This document shows, in pieces, positions 8,894 to 18,232 of a DNA stretch of 41,501 nucleotides. The notes under the pieces are model-generated. The model saw only the letters and a program-made list of their open reading frames with translations. It had not been told where the DNA came from and searched no databases. Within the stretch, counting starts at the first letter, position 1; every line of letters starts with the position of its first letter. The stretch covers positions 230-41,730 of the forward strand of contig PLXU01000043.1 of the NCBI GenBank assembly GCA_003151555.1, given 5' to 3'. A program made the translations under genes and the position numbers. This DNA comes from Acidimicrobiaceae bacterium. GTDB lineage: Bacteria; Actinomycetota; Acidimicrobiia; Acidimicrobiales; RAAP-2.

Positions 8894-10684
8894 ATGACAC
8901 AGTATCGGGTCGTTGACGCGATCGCCGACTGGTTCGAGCAGTTGGGCGTTCAGCACTACTTCGGGTTCGCCGGCGGGGCGATCTGGCCGTTCATGGACGC
9001 CCTGATCGACCATCCAGAAATGGAGGGCATACAGGCCAAGCACGAGTCGCACGCCGTGCACATGGCCGACGTTTACTTCCGCAACACGGGCCGTCTCGCG
9101 CCCGTACTCGTGTCCAAGGGACCGGGACTGCTCAACGCGGTCGGCGCCGTCGCCAGCGCGATGCATGACACGTCGGCGGTACTAGTCATCGCAGGAGCCG
9201 GCTCGACTCATGTCATGGGCAAGGGAGGAATGCAGGAGCTCTACTACAAGGGTTTCGAGGACGCGGTGAGCGTGTTCCGGCCGGTGACCAAGGGGTCGTG
9301 GATGGTAATGCGGCCAGACACCGTGATCGACGTCCTTAACTACGCCTATAAGACGGCCGTCGACGGCCGTCCGGGTCCGGTCTTCGTCCAGGTCCCCTTC
9401 GACGTGCAGCTGGGCGCCGTCGAACTGGCCAATGACGCGCTGGAGCTGCCTTCGACTCGGACCGTGAGCTCTCGACTGCGCGGCGACGACGCCTCGATCG
9501 CCGCCGTGGCCGAACTCGTGCGTGATGCCGAACGGCCGGTGATCCTTGCCGGCGGCGGCACCAAGCACTCCGCCGGTGCGGCCGAGGCGTTAGTGGCCGT
9601 CGCGGAACAGCTCCAGGTCCCGGTCGCTACGACCCTCACGGCCAAGGGCATCCTCTCGGAGGAGCACCCGCTCTCGATGGGCGTCGTCGGTCGATCCGGA
9701 ACCGACATGGCCGCCGCCGCCACTCGTGACGCGGACGTCGTGATCGCCGTTGGCGCTCGCTTCTCTGACAACCACACGAGCAACTGGCGCAAGGGACTGA
9801 TCTACGACGTTTCGCACACGAAGATCGTCCACGTCGACGTCGACAGCCAGGAGATCGGTCGTAACTTCCCGGTGGCCGCCGGGATCATCTCGGACGCCGC
9901 CACATTCTTCAACGACCTGGCGGCGTCGACGACGGGTGCGGGTGGCCGATGGTCGCCGTGGCTGGAGAGCATCGAGACCAACCGCAGGACGTGGCTCGCC
10001 AAGATTGAGCCGGTCCTGCACTCTAAGAGCGACCCCATCCACCCCGGGCGCCTCTGCTACGAGATCGGCGAGGCCCTGGGACCCGACGGTCGCGTGGTGA
10101 TCGACGTCGGTGACGTCATACAGTACGCCGAGCCCTACATGACAATCCGCCGCGGCGACGCCTGGCAGATCAATGCCGGCATGGCCGAGATGTCATGGGC
10201 CACCTCAGGGATCCTCGGGGCGGTCGCCGCAGACCCCCGCCGTGCGGCGATTGCCCTGACGGGTGACGGCGCCTTCAACATGGCGAGCCAGATCCTCGCG
10301 ACGGCCGTCGAGTACCAGCTCCCGGCCATTTGGGTGATCCTCAACAACCACGAGCTGGGGATCGAGCGCAAGGGGTCCGACACCGCGTACCACCGCACGC
10401 ACGCGTGGACCCGCTTCGTGCGCAAGGACACCGGCGAGCCCTACAACCCGGATTACGTCAAGTTGGCCGAAGCGAACGGAGCCCTCGGAGAGCATATCGA
10501 GCACGCTGACGACTTCGCTCCGGCGCTGGGCCGTGCGCTGGCGTCGGGACAGCCCTACGTCATCGACGTGCCCATCGACCTGACGATCCCGACGTTCTTC
10601 ACCGAGGGCGTCGACCGCGCATACCCCGCGGTGTGGGCGAGCAGCTACCCGCAGCACAGCTCACTGCGCGTCGCGCAGTCTTGA
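8894..10684 (+). CDS. Thiamine diphosphate-dependent enzyme (acetolactate synthase-like superfamily), substrate unknown
   Basis: KHE catalytic Glu, GPGLLN, GRPGPVFVQVPFD, and ThDP motif GDGAFNM...LNN. No ilvN-like small subunit nearby. Confidence 0.9.
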   Translation: MTQYRVVDAIADWFEQLGVQHYFGFAGGAIWPFMDALIDHPEMEGIQAKHESHAVHMADVYFRNTGRLAPVLVSKGPGLLNAVGAVASAMHDTSAVLVIAGAGSTHVMGKGGMQELYYKGFEDAVSVFRPVTKGSWMVMRPDTVIDVLNYAYKTAVDGRPGPVFVQVPFDVQLGAVELANDALELPSTRTVSSRLRGDDASIAAVAELVRDAERPVILAGGGTKHSAGAAEALVAVAEQLQVPVATTLTAKGILSEEHPLSMGVVGRSGTDMAAAATRDADVVIAVGARFSDNHTSNWRKGLIYDVSHTKIVHVDVDSQEIGRNFPVAAGIISDAATFFNDLAASTTGAGGRWSPWLESIETNRRTWLAKIEPVLHSKSDPIHPGRLCYEIGEALGPDGRVVIDVGDVIQYAEPYMTIRRGDAWQINAGMAEMSWATSGILGAVAADPRRAAIALTGDGAFNMASQILATAVEYQLPAIWVILNNHELGIERKGSDTAYHRTHAWTRFVRKDTGEPYNPDYVKLAEANGALGEHIEHADDFAPALGRALASGQPYVIDVPIDLTIPTFFTEGVDRAYPAVWASSYPQHSSLRVAQS

Positions 10685-10707
10685 GAGATCGAAACGGAGG
10701 GGTGGAG

Positions 10708-11583
10708 ATGGCCAATGACGGGGATGTTCTAGCGGACGTACGGCGCACGTACGAGGACTTGACTTTGGCGCAGAAGCGCATCGCCGAACTCATTGTCGAG
10801 GACCCGGAGTTCGTCGCTTTCGCGACGGTCGACAAGTTAGCCGGCAAGCTGGGCGTGAGCCCGTCGACCATCGTGCGCTTCGCCTACCGGCTCGGACTCA
10901 ACGGCTACCCGGAGCTCCAGACGCGGATCCGTGACATCGTCCGTGCCCAGATGCGCCCGGGACCGGGACATGACGAAGAGCAGGGTTCCGAGACCCACCA
11001 CCTGGGCGACGGCATCATCGCCAAGTCTCTTAGCCACGACCTGGAAAACCTGCGCCGAACGGTGAGTCGGCTGTCGCTCGACGAACTCGAGCGGGCTGTC
11101 ACCCTCCTCGTCGACGCCCACTGGATTTACGTGGCTGGTGGCTTCGCCTCAGACAGCCTGGCCCAGTACGTCTCGTTCGCGCTGGGTCGGATCCGCGGCC
11201 GCGCCAGCGTGCTCAACGGCGGTATGCACACGTCGGCGGGATTACTAGACATTTCCGCCGGCGACGTGGTCCTGGCGTTCAGCTTCCCCCCGTACGCGTC
11301 GCGTACCTTGCAGATCGTGTCGGCGGCGAAGTCCAACGGGGCATCGATCATCACCATCACGGACACGCTGGTCGCCCCAATTGCCCAGCAGAGCGACGTA
11401 GTGCTGGCGACCAACGTCTCGGGGATTGGGCCTCAGAACTCCCTCGGCGCGCCAATGGCGGTGGCCAACGCCTTGCTCAACGCGATGTTCGTCCAGGTGC
11501 CCGAGGCCACCGCCCGGTACGACCGTCTCTTCGCGATGATGAACAGCTGGGACGCGTTCTTGCTCCGTGGTGAAGATGAGTGA
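10708..11583 (+). CDS. RpiR/MurR family transcriptional regulator (HTH + SIS)
   Basis: LTLAQKRIAELI...LAGKLGVSPSTIVRFAYRLGLNGYPELQ HTH; SIS domain FSFPPY...ITITD. Confidence 0.92.
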   Translation: MANDGDVLADVRRTYEDLTLAQKRIAELIVEDPEFVAFATVDKLAGKLGVSPSTIVRFAYRLGLNGYPELQTRIRDIVRAQMRPGPGHDEEQGSETHHLGDGIIAKSLSHDLENLRRTVSRLSLDELERAVTLLVDAHWIYVAGGFASDSLAQYVSFALGRIRGRASVLNGGMHTSAGLLDISAGDVVLAFSFPPYASRTLQIVSAAKSNGASIITITDTLVAPIAQQSDVVLATNVSGIGPQNSLGAPMAVANALLNAMFVQVPEATARYDRLFAMMNSWDAFLLRGEDE

Positions 11584-12814
11584 CAGATCGTCGCACCCGC
11601 TCGACGGTGTAGTGGTCGTCGACGCGACCGACGCGTCGGGCGCGTACTGTGGGCGCCTTCTGGCCGATCTCGGCGCCGACGTCGTGCGCATCGAGCCGCC
11701 TTCTGGTGACCCGATGCGCCACCACGAGCCAACCGTCCGGCTCGCGTCGGGCGAGATCGTGAGCTGTTTCGAGCGATTCGTGAACCTCAACAAGCGGTCG
11801 GTAACTCTGGACGTAACCAACGACGCCGGCCGGGACCTCGCGAGGCGCTTGGTTGGCCACTGCGACGTGCTGCTGGACACGCCGGGCCCGGGCGATGTCA
11901 CTTCGCTCGGCTTGACGAGTGAGGAACTGGCATCGCTCAACCCCGACCTGGTGAGGGTCTCGATCTCGTCTTTCGGATTCGAGGGTCCCTACGCCCAGTA
12001 CGCCAGCGACGACCTCATCACCATCGCCTCGGGCGGCCTGCTCTCGCTCGGAGGATACGAGGACACGCCGCCGATCAGTGTCTACGGCAATCAGACGTAC
12101 TTCGCCGAGTCCATCTTCGGCGCGGTGGGCGCGGTCCTGGGATTGCTGGCGCGCGAGCAGGACGCCACCGCCAGGCGTATCGACGTCTGCGGACAAGAAG
12201 CGATGGCCAACGCTCTCGAGGATGCCGTGCCCGACTACGACCTCACGGGCTCGATACGTCGCCGCTTCGGTGGTCAGGCGAGAGAGGCCGGTTCGGGGAC
12301 CTTCGCGTGCGCCGATGGGTTCGTGACGATGGTCGCCGGACGCCTCGGGACCGCGGCCGCTTGGATGTCGCTCGTCGCGTGGCTGAACGAGGTCGGAACC
12401 GAGGGGGCCGGCGAGCTCCTCGACCAATGCTGGAACGACCACTCATTCCGTCAGCGTCGTGAGTCGATCACGTACTTCGCCGATGTCTTCGAGCGTTTCG
12501 CGCGCACGCGGCTCAAGCACGACCTTTACCACGAGGCCCAGGCTCGCCGGATCGCCCTGGCCCCGGTCAACACGTTCGCCGACGTGCTGGCGGATCCCCA
12601 GCTCGAGGACCGTGGTTTCTTCGAGACCGTAGCCGACCCCATCGCGGGCGTCGACCTGACCTACCCCGGACGGCCCTACCGGATCGACGGGCTCGGACCG
12701 ATGGTCGTGCGGCCCGCCCCGACGCCGGGCGAGCACACTCGCGATGTCTTCGAAGTGATGCTCGGCGTCACGTCCGAAGAGTTGCGCTACCTCGAGAAGG
12801 AGGACGCTCCCTGA
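11576..12814 (+). CDS. Class III CoA-transferase (CaiB/BaiF family), subunit A
   Basis: AYCGRLLADLGADVVRIEPPSGDPMR, NLNKRSVTLD, ISSFGFEGPY, APTPGEHT. Confidence 0.9.
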   Translation: MSDRSSHPLDGVVVVDATDASGAYCGRLLADLGADVVRIEPPSGDPMRHHEPTVRLASGEIVSCFERFVNLNKRSVTLDVTNDAGRDLARRLVGHCDVLLDTPGPGDVTSLGLTSEELASLNPDLVRVSISSFGFEGPYAQYASDDLITIASGGLLSLGGYEDTPPISVYGNQTYFAESIFGAVGAVLGLLAREQDATARRIDVCGQEAMANALEDAVPDYDLTGSIRRRFGGQAREAGSGTFACADGFVTMVAGRLGTAAAWMSLVAWLNEVGTEGAGELLDQCWNDHSFRQRRESITYFADVFERFARTRLKHDLYHEAQARRIALAPVNTFADVLADPQLEDRGFFETVADPIAGVDLTYPGRPYRIDGLGPMVVRPAPTPGEHTRDVFEVMLGVTSEELRYLEKEDAP

Positions 12815-14025
12815 TGTCGTCGGTACTGTCGGGAGTTCGGGTGATCGATTTCTGCTGGGTCGGTGCCGGCGCGTTGGTGACCCAGGCCCTCGCGGTCGAG
12901 GGCGCCGAGGTAATCAAGATCGAGTCGTCGGTGCATCCTGACAACCTGCGTCTCTCGGGCCCCTTCCGCGAAGGTGCACGCAATCTCGACGGGTCGGGGT
13001 ACTTCGCAAGCCGCAACTCGGGCAAGAAGTCCTTCGCTCTCAACATGTCCCATCCTCGGTCGCGCGAGATCGCCATTGGTCTCGTCGCGTCTGGGTCGGT
13101 CGTCACGAGCAACTTCCGACCCGGGATCATGGAGAGGTGGGGCCTTGACTATGAGAGCGTGAAGGCGCTCAACCCATCGGTTATCTACTTGTCGATGCCA
13201 ATGCAGGGGGCCACCGGTCCCCACCGTGACTACGTGGGCTTCGGCTCGACGATCGCCGCGGCCGCCGGGATCGTCGATGCCTCGGGTCTACCCAATCGAC
13301 CACCTATCGGGACCGGTACGCACTACCCCGATCATGTCCCTAACCCCGGCCACGCGTTGGTGGCTCTGCTCGCGGCTATCTGGCGACGCGAGCGCACCGG
13401 TCGGGGCGCCGAAATCGAGCTCTCGCAACTCGAGTCGACAATAAACGTCGTCGGCCCCGCGTTGATCGCGACGTCGCTGGGCGCCACCCTAGGACGCCCA
13501 GCCAACCGGGTGACCTGCGCGGCGCCGCACGGAGTGTTCCAATGCGAGGGCGACGACCGGTGGTGCGCCATTTCGGTCCGCGACCAGTCGCAGTGGGAGT
13601 CACTGGCGTCCGTGATTGGCGCTTCTGAGATGGCCCACGACCCGCGTTTTGCGACCTTGAGGTTGCGCAAGGAGAACGAGGATGCGCTGGAGGCCGAGTT
13701 GACCAAGGTGACGCTTCAATGTGACGCTTGGGACCTGGCCAAGACCCTCCAGGACTGTGGAGTGGCCGCCGCGGTTGTCGAGACGTCGGGGGACCTCTTC
13801 ACTGACCCCAACCTCGTCGCGCGGGACTTCTGGCGGACGCTGGATCACGCGGTACTAGGCGAATACACGGTGGGGTCGATGCCCTTCGGCTGGCGCGGTG
13901 CCGACCGGGGTCCCACGACGCCGGCGCCGTTGCTCGGCGAGCACACCGAAGAGATCGCCCGAACCATCTTGAAAATGTTGCCTGATGAGATTGAGACCGC
14001 GAAGACCGAAGGGCTGTTCGTCTGA
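12814..14025 (+). CDS. Class III CoA-transferase (CaiB/BaiF family), subunit B
   Basis: VIDFCWVGAG, GAEVIKIES, NSGKKS, NFRPGIMERWGL, YPD (candidate catalytic Asp), APLLGEHT; TGATG coupling to subunit A. Confidence 0.92.
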   Translation: MSSVLSGVRVIDFCWVGAGALVTQALAVEGAEVIKIESSVHPDNLRLSGPFREGARNLDGSGYFASRNSGKKSFALNMSHPRSREIAIGLVASGSVVTSNFRPGIMERWGLDYESVKALNPSVIYLSMPMQGATGPHRDYVGFGSTIAAAAGIVDASGLPNRPPIGTGTHYPDHVPNPGHALVALLAAIWRRERTGRGAEIELSQLESTINVVGPALIATSLGATLGRPANRVTCAAPHGVFQCEGDDRWCAISVRDQSQWESLASVIGASEMAHDPRFATLRLRKENEDALEAELTKVTLQCDAWDLAKTLQDCGVAAAVVETSGDLFTDPNLVARDFWRTLDHAVLGEYTVGSMPFGWRGADRGPTTPAPLLGEHTEEIARTILKMLPDEIETAKTEGLFV

Positions 14026-14792
14026 TGGCCGGGTCCGAGACACTTCTCGAGGAGCGTCGCGGGGCGGTGGCCCTGCTCACCCTCAATCGACCCGAGAGCC
14101 GCAACTCGGTCGATCAATCTCTCGCCGATGCCCTGGAGGACACATTCGCCCGGCTGCGCGAAGACGACACCGTGCGCGTCGTCGTCCTGACCGGAAGCGC
14201 GCCGGCGTTCTGCGCCGGCGCGGACTTGAAGCAGGGCGGACCCGTAGAGACCGGCAAGGTCCTCGTGGGAACGCAGCGCCCGCTCACCCACGCGCTGGAC
14301 GGATTCCCAAAGCCGGTCGTCGCCGCAGTCAACGGCGCCGCCTTCGGCGGTGGCTGCGAGATGGTACTGGCTACTGATGTGCGGATTGCCGCCGACACGG
14401 CGTCGTTCTGCTTGCCCGAGGTGAGGATTGGGAGCCTTCCCGGCTCGGGTGGGATCCATCGACTGGTCCACGCCGTGGGTGTGACGAACGCCGCCAGGAT
14501 GCTCTACTCGGGTGAGCCTGTCTCGGCGTCAGAGGCCCTGAGAATTGGCCTTGTTTCTGATTTATTCGCGCTCGCGGACCTCGTGGAGGCGGCGGCTGAC
14601 CTGGCGGGGCGGATCGCAGCGAACGCTCCTCTGTCGCTCCTCGCGCTCAAGCAGGCCCTCGCGCACGAGCAGTCGTCGGCAGCCGCGACGCTCGAGCGAG
14701 ACTTATGGGCGCTGTTGGCCACGACCGACGACCGCGCCGAAGGGCGCGCGGCGTTTCGCGAACACCGTCCGCCGGACTATAAGGGGCGGTGA
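14025..14792 (+). CDS. Enoyl-CoA hydratase/isomerase (crotonase)
   Basis: LNRPESRN, FCAGADL, GGGCE and LPEVRIG (both catalytic Glu positions); TGATG coupling. Confidence 0.93.
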   Translation: MAGSETLLEERRGAVALLTLNRPESRNSVDQSLADALEDTFARLREDDTVRVVVLTGSAPAFCAGADLKQGGPVETGKVLVGTQRPLTHALDGFPKPVVAAVNGAAFGGGCEMVLATDVRIAADTASFCLPEVRIGSLPGSGGIHRLVHAVGVTNAARMLYSGEPVSASEALRIGLVSDLFALADLVEAAADLAGRIAANAPLSLLALKQALAHEQSSAAATLERDLWALLATTDDRAEGRAAFREHRPPDYKGR

Positions 14793-14973
14793 CGCCAATG
14801 CGCGAGCTTCCGCTCTGGCACATGATCACGCCGCTGCGGCTCCGTGGCCCGAGTTTTCCTCGGGAACCGTTCGCGCCGCGTCGGGTCAACGATTTCCGTT
14901 CCCACGGCGACGCTTCGTCCACGCCGGGAGGCTTACGGCGACGTATCACATGGGTGGGAGGCAAGAATTGCAG

Positions 14974-15019
14974 AAATCTTTCTCCGACAATGGCGAAGTG
15001 CAACAAAAGATGTTACATT
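14974..15019 (+). promoter_or_regulatory. Transporter-operon promoter with shared motif AAATCTTTC-N17-GCAACAAAA and -10-like TACATT
   Basis: Half-sites and 17-nt spacer identical to 7276-7310; about 35 nt upstream of the substrate-binding protein start. Confidence 0.6.
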
Positions 15020-15054
15020 CAGTTCCAACTAGGTATTCCTGAGGGGAGAAAGCG

Positions 15055-16299
15055 GTGAAACAAACATTTTGCATAGGCAGGACAGGCGCTGCGGCGCTCG
15101 TTATCTCGGCGTTGATGGTCGGACTGTCGCTCAGCGTGGTGGGGGGCGGCGCGTCCGGTGCGGCGAGCAAGTCGCCTATCACGATCGGCGTCTCCATTTC
15201 CGAAACGGGCGACTTCTCGCCCGACGGGGCGGCGGACATGAACGCCTACAGCCTCTGGGCGCAACTCGTCAATGACTCTGGGGGCATCCTTGGTCATAAG
15301 GTGCAAATGAAGTTCGTGAACGACGCGAGCAGCACGTCCCAGGTCGTGACGAACTACACGACGTTGCTCAGCAAGGACCACGTGAACTTCGTCTTCGGTC
15401 CCTTCAGCAGTCTGCTGACCATCCCGGCGTCGGAGATCGCGGCGCGTTACGGTTACGCCTTCGTTGAGCCGTCGGGTGGCTCCCAGGCCGTGTTTAACCG
15501 TGGCCTAAAAAACGTGTTCGAAGCCGAGCCCCAGGCCGGTTATCAGGACATGCTGTCCTTCGGCGATTGGGTGCTCGGCCTGCCCAAGTCCGAGCGGCCT
15601 AAGACGGCCGCCTACGCGACTGAGGACGACCCGTTCATCGGGCCTGAGGTCGCGGCCTTGCAGGCGAAGTTTGAGGCGGCCGGGATCAAGACCGTCTACA
15701 ACAAGACGTACCCGATCGAGTTGCCCAGCTACGCGCCTATCGCTTTGGGCGTCGCTCAGTCCAAGGCGCAGGTCGTCGTGCTCGGGACCAACCTCCCCGA
15801 CGCAACCGCGTTCACTCAGACGTTCATACAGCAGAAGTACAACCCGCTGGCGATTGACTACGCGAGCGGCCCCGACCAGGGCACGCCGTGGGTGAAGGCC
15901 GTCGGAGCGAAGAACGTGGCGGGCACCACCGTTCCCCTGGGCTGGCTGCCGACGCTTAGCACGTACCAAAATAAGGCGTTCGTGGCGGCCTACGTCAAGA
16001 AGTACGGCGGCAACGCCGCGGCGATGAGCACCGACGCGGGTGAGGCCTACTCCGTGGGCCAGGTGATGGCGCAGGCCATCACGGCGGCGGGCAGCCTCAG
16101 CAATACCAAGGTGATCGCCGAGCTGCACAAGCTCACCTTCAAGACAGTCCAGGGTTCCTTCGCCTTCAACAAGCAGGGGATCCCGAACGGGCACGTCGTC
16201 CTCGGACAGTGGGTGAACGGCTCGCTGCAGATCATCTACCCGCCGGCGGTCGCGACCGTCAAGGCCCTGTTCCCGAAGCCGGCCTGGGGAACCAAGTAG
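15055..16299 (+). CDS. ABC transporter substrate-binding protein (LivJ/HAAT family)
   Basis: Signal peptide; ITIGVSISETG, VNDSGGILG, VFGPFSS type-1 periplasmic binding fold; precedes LivHMGF-like genes. Confidence 0.9.
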   Translation: MKQTFCIGRTGAAALVISALMVGLSLSVVGGGASGAASKSPITIGVSISETGDFSPDGAADMNAYSLWAQLVNDSGGILGHKVQMKFVNDASSTSQVVTNYTTLLSKDHVNFVFGPFSSLLTIPASEIAARYGYAFVEPSGGSQAVFNRGLKNVFEAEPQAGYQDMLSFGDWVLGLPKSERPKTAAYATEDDPFIGPEVAALQAKFEAAGIKTVYNKTYPIELPSYAPIALGVAQSKAQVVVLGTNLPDATAFTQTFIQQKYNPLAIDYASGPDQGTPWVKAVGAKNVAGTTVPLGWLPTLSTYQNKAFVAAYVKKYGGNAAAMSTDAGEAYSVGQVMAQAITAAGSLSNTKVIAELHKLTFKTVQGSFAFNKQGIPNGHVVLGQWVNGSLQIIYPPAVATVKALFPKPAWGTK

Positions 16300-16301
16300 T
16301 C

Positions 16302-17180
16302 GTGAACGGAGGTTTGCTGCTCGGAGCGTCGGTCCTGGGTCTCCTCCTAGGAGGGATCTACGGACTGATGGCTTCGGGGCTCGCCCTGACGTTCGGGGTC
16401 ATGCGGGTGATCAACGTCGGTCACAGCGCGCTGGTCATTGCAGGTGCGTACATGAGCTACGAGCTCTTTGCGCACCTGCATATCGACCCGTTCGTCAGTC
16501 TCGTCATCACGATGCCGGTCATGTTTCTCATCGGGATGGGCCTCGAGATGGCGTTCCTCCAACACCTTCGCGAGGACCGCGAGCAGTTCTCAGTGTTGGT
16601 CACGTGGGCCATCGCCCTGGGGGTCGAGGGAGTTCTCGGGTATTTCTGCGGTACCGACCTGGTCCAGATCTCCACCAACTATGCCAACTCGAGTTTCTCG
16701 ATTGGCGGCGTGCAGATCGTCTACATCTACCTCTATGGATTCTTGCTCGGTGCTCTGCTCATGGGTCTGCTGGCCCTCTTGCTGCGGCGCACCACCTTCG
16801 GTTGGTCGCTGCGCGCCACGGTGCTCAATCGGCAGGCGGCCCAGCTCATCGGGATCGACGTGGCCAAGGTGTCGGCGATCGCCTTCGGCATTGCCGCGGC
16901 GATGGCCGCGGCCGGGGGTGCGCTCTACGGGATGCTCAACACCTTCAATCCGGGCAGTTGGTACGACCTGATCGGGGACCTGTTGATCATCATCGTCCTA
17001 GGCGGCTTCTCCAGTGTCCGTGGCGCCTTCATCGCTTCACTCGTGGTCATCATGTTCCAGGAGATCCTGTCCGTCATCATCTCGCCGACTTGGGCTGACT
17101 GGAGCTTCTTCATGCTATTGGCCATTGTCTTGATCGTCCGGCCCTCCGGCTTCTTCGGTGTGAAGACGCGAGAGGCGTGA
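16302..17180 (+). CDS. ABC transporter permease (LivH-like)
   Basis: GGIYGLMASGLALTFGVMRVINVGH, RTTFGWSLRA, IIIVLGG, RPSGFFG; GTG start 2 nt after the SBP stop. Confidence 0.9.
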   Translation: MNGGLLLGASVLGLLLGGIYGLMASGLALTFGVMRVINVGHSALVIAGAYMSYELFAHLHIDPFVSLVITMPVMFLIGMGLEMAFLQHLREDREQFSVLVTWAIALGVEGVLGYFCGTDLVQISTNYANSSFSIGGVQIVYIYLYGFLLGALLMGLLALLLRRTTFGWSLRATVLNRQAAQLIGIDVAKVSAIAFGIAAAMAAAGGALYGMLNTFNPGSWYDLIGDLLIIIVLGGFSSVRGAFIASLVVIMFQEILSVIISPTWADWSFFMLLAIVLIVRPSGFFGVKTREA

Positions 17181-18232
17181 GTGGCTCGATGACTAGACGA
17201 CTCAGGATTGCCGGTTGGTTGCTGGTTCTCGTGGCGAGCCTGCTCTTCCCATTGGTCTTCACGAACCCGGCGACGCTCAGCATCGCGCTGGTGACGCTGA
17301 TGTACGTGGGACTGGCCAGCTCGTGGAACATCCTGGGCGGGTTCGCCGGCTACATCAGCCTGGGTATCTCCGCATTCTTCGGATTCGGTGGCTACGCCTT
17401 CGCCATCACCTTGCATGCCTTCAACGTGCAGGCCGGTTATACGCCTTTCGCCTGGCTGCCGCTCATCGGGGTCCTGACCGCGGTGGTCGCCATCCCCTTG
17501 GGTTGGGCGGCTCTGCGCACGCGCCAGGCCGTCTTCGTCACCGTGACAATCGCCTTGATGTTAGTCATTCAACTGTCAGCCGAGAATCTCGTCAGCATCA
17601 CCGGCGGCGCTACGGGCTACGGATTTCCCATCCCCAACTGGTCGGCGGCGTTCTACTACAAGCCCTTCTACTACGCGATGCTTACGGTCGTCGTCGTATC
17701 GATCGCGGTTGCGTACGTGGTGCGCCGATCGGGGTTGGGTCTGGGCCTCTTGGCGATCCGCGACGACGAGGACAAGGCCGAAGCGATTGGCGTGCCGACG
17801 AAGTCGTACAAGCTGGCCGCCTTCGTCATCTCGGCCGGTCTGGCCGGAATGATCGGTGCGATCTTCGCGTATTCAGTCCTCTACATCTATCCACAGAACG
17901 CAGTCGACCCCCTCATCTCCATGGGCGCGGCGCTGATGGCGTTCCTGGGCGGCGCCGGGACCTTGGCCGGTCCGGTGCTCGGGGCGCTCATCCTCGCCCC
18001 CGCGCAAACCGAACTCAGCTACTACGTAAACGGCCAGCTTTATCTAATTCTGTACGGTGCTCTCTTCCTGGCCATCGTGCGGTTGCTGCCGCGCGGCATC
18101 ATCCCGTCCATCGGTGACCAACTACGTTCGCGCTCGTCGCGCCACGTTGACCTGCTGGAGCATGACGGCCACCACGTCGAGGGTCGCGTTGACGCGGACG
18201 ACGTCAAAGTCATGGAGGGGGTCCGCGAATGA
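17177..18232 (+). CDS. ABC transporter permease (LivM-like)
   Basis: SWNILGGFAGYISLG, AIRDDEDKAEAIG, LGGAGTLAGPVLGA. Confidence 0.9.
   Translation: MSGSMTRRLRIAGWLLVLVASLLFPLVFTNPATLSIALVTLMYVGLASSWNILGGFAGYISLGISAFFGFGGYAFAITLHAFNVQAGYTPFAWLPLIGVLTAVVAIPLGWAALRTRQAVFVTVTIALMLVIQLSAENLVSITGGATGYGFPIPNWSAAFYYKPFYYAMLTVVVVSIAVAYVVRRSGLGLGLLAIRDDEDKAEAIGVPTKSYKLAAFVISAGLAGMIGAIFAYSVLYIYPQNAVDPLISMGAALMAFLGGAGTLAGPVLGALILAPAQTELSYYVNGQLYLILYGALFLAIVRLLPRGIIPSIGDQLRSRSSRHVDLLEHDGHHVEGRVDADDVKVMEGVRE

Noticed and set aside
14793-14970. Possible riboswitch or 89-aa ORF ahead of the ABC operon
   Set aside because: No riboswitch consensus recognised, the region lies upstream of the likely promoter, and the ORF runs through the AT-rich operator.
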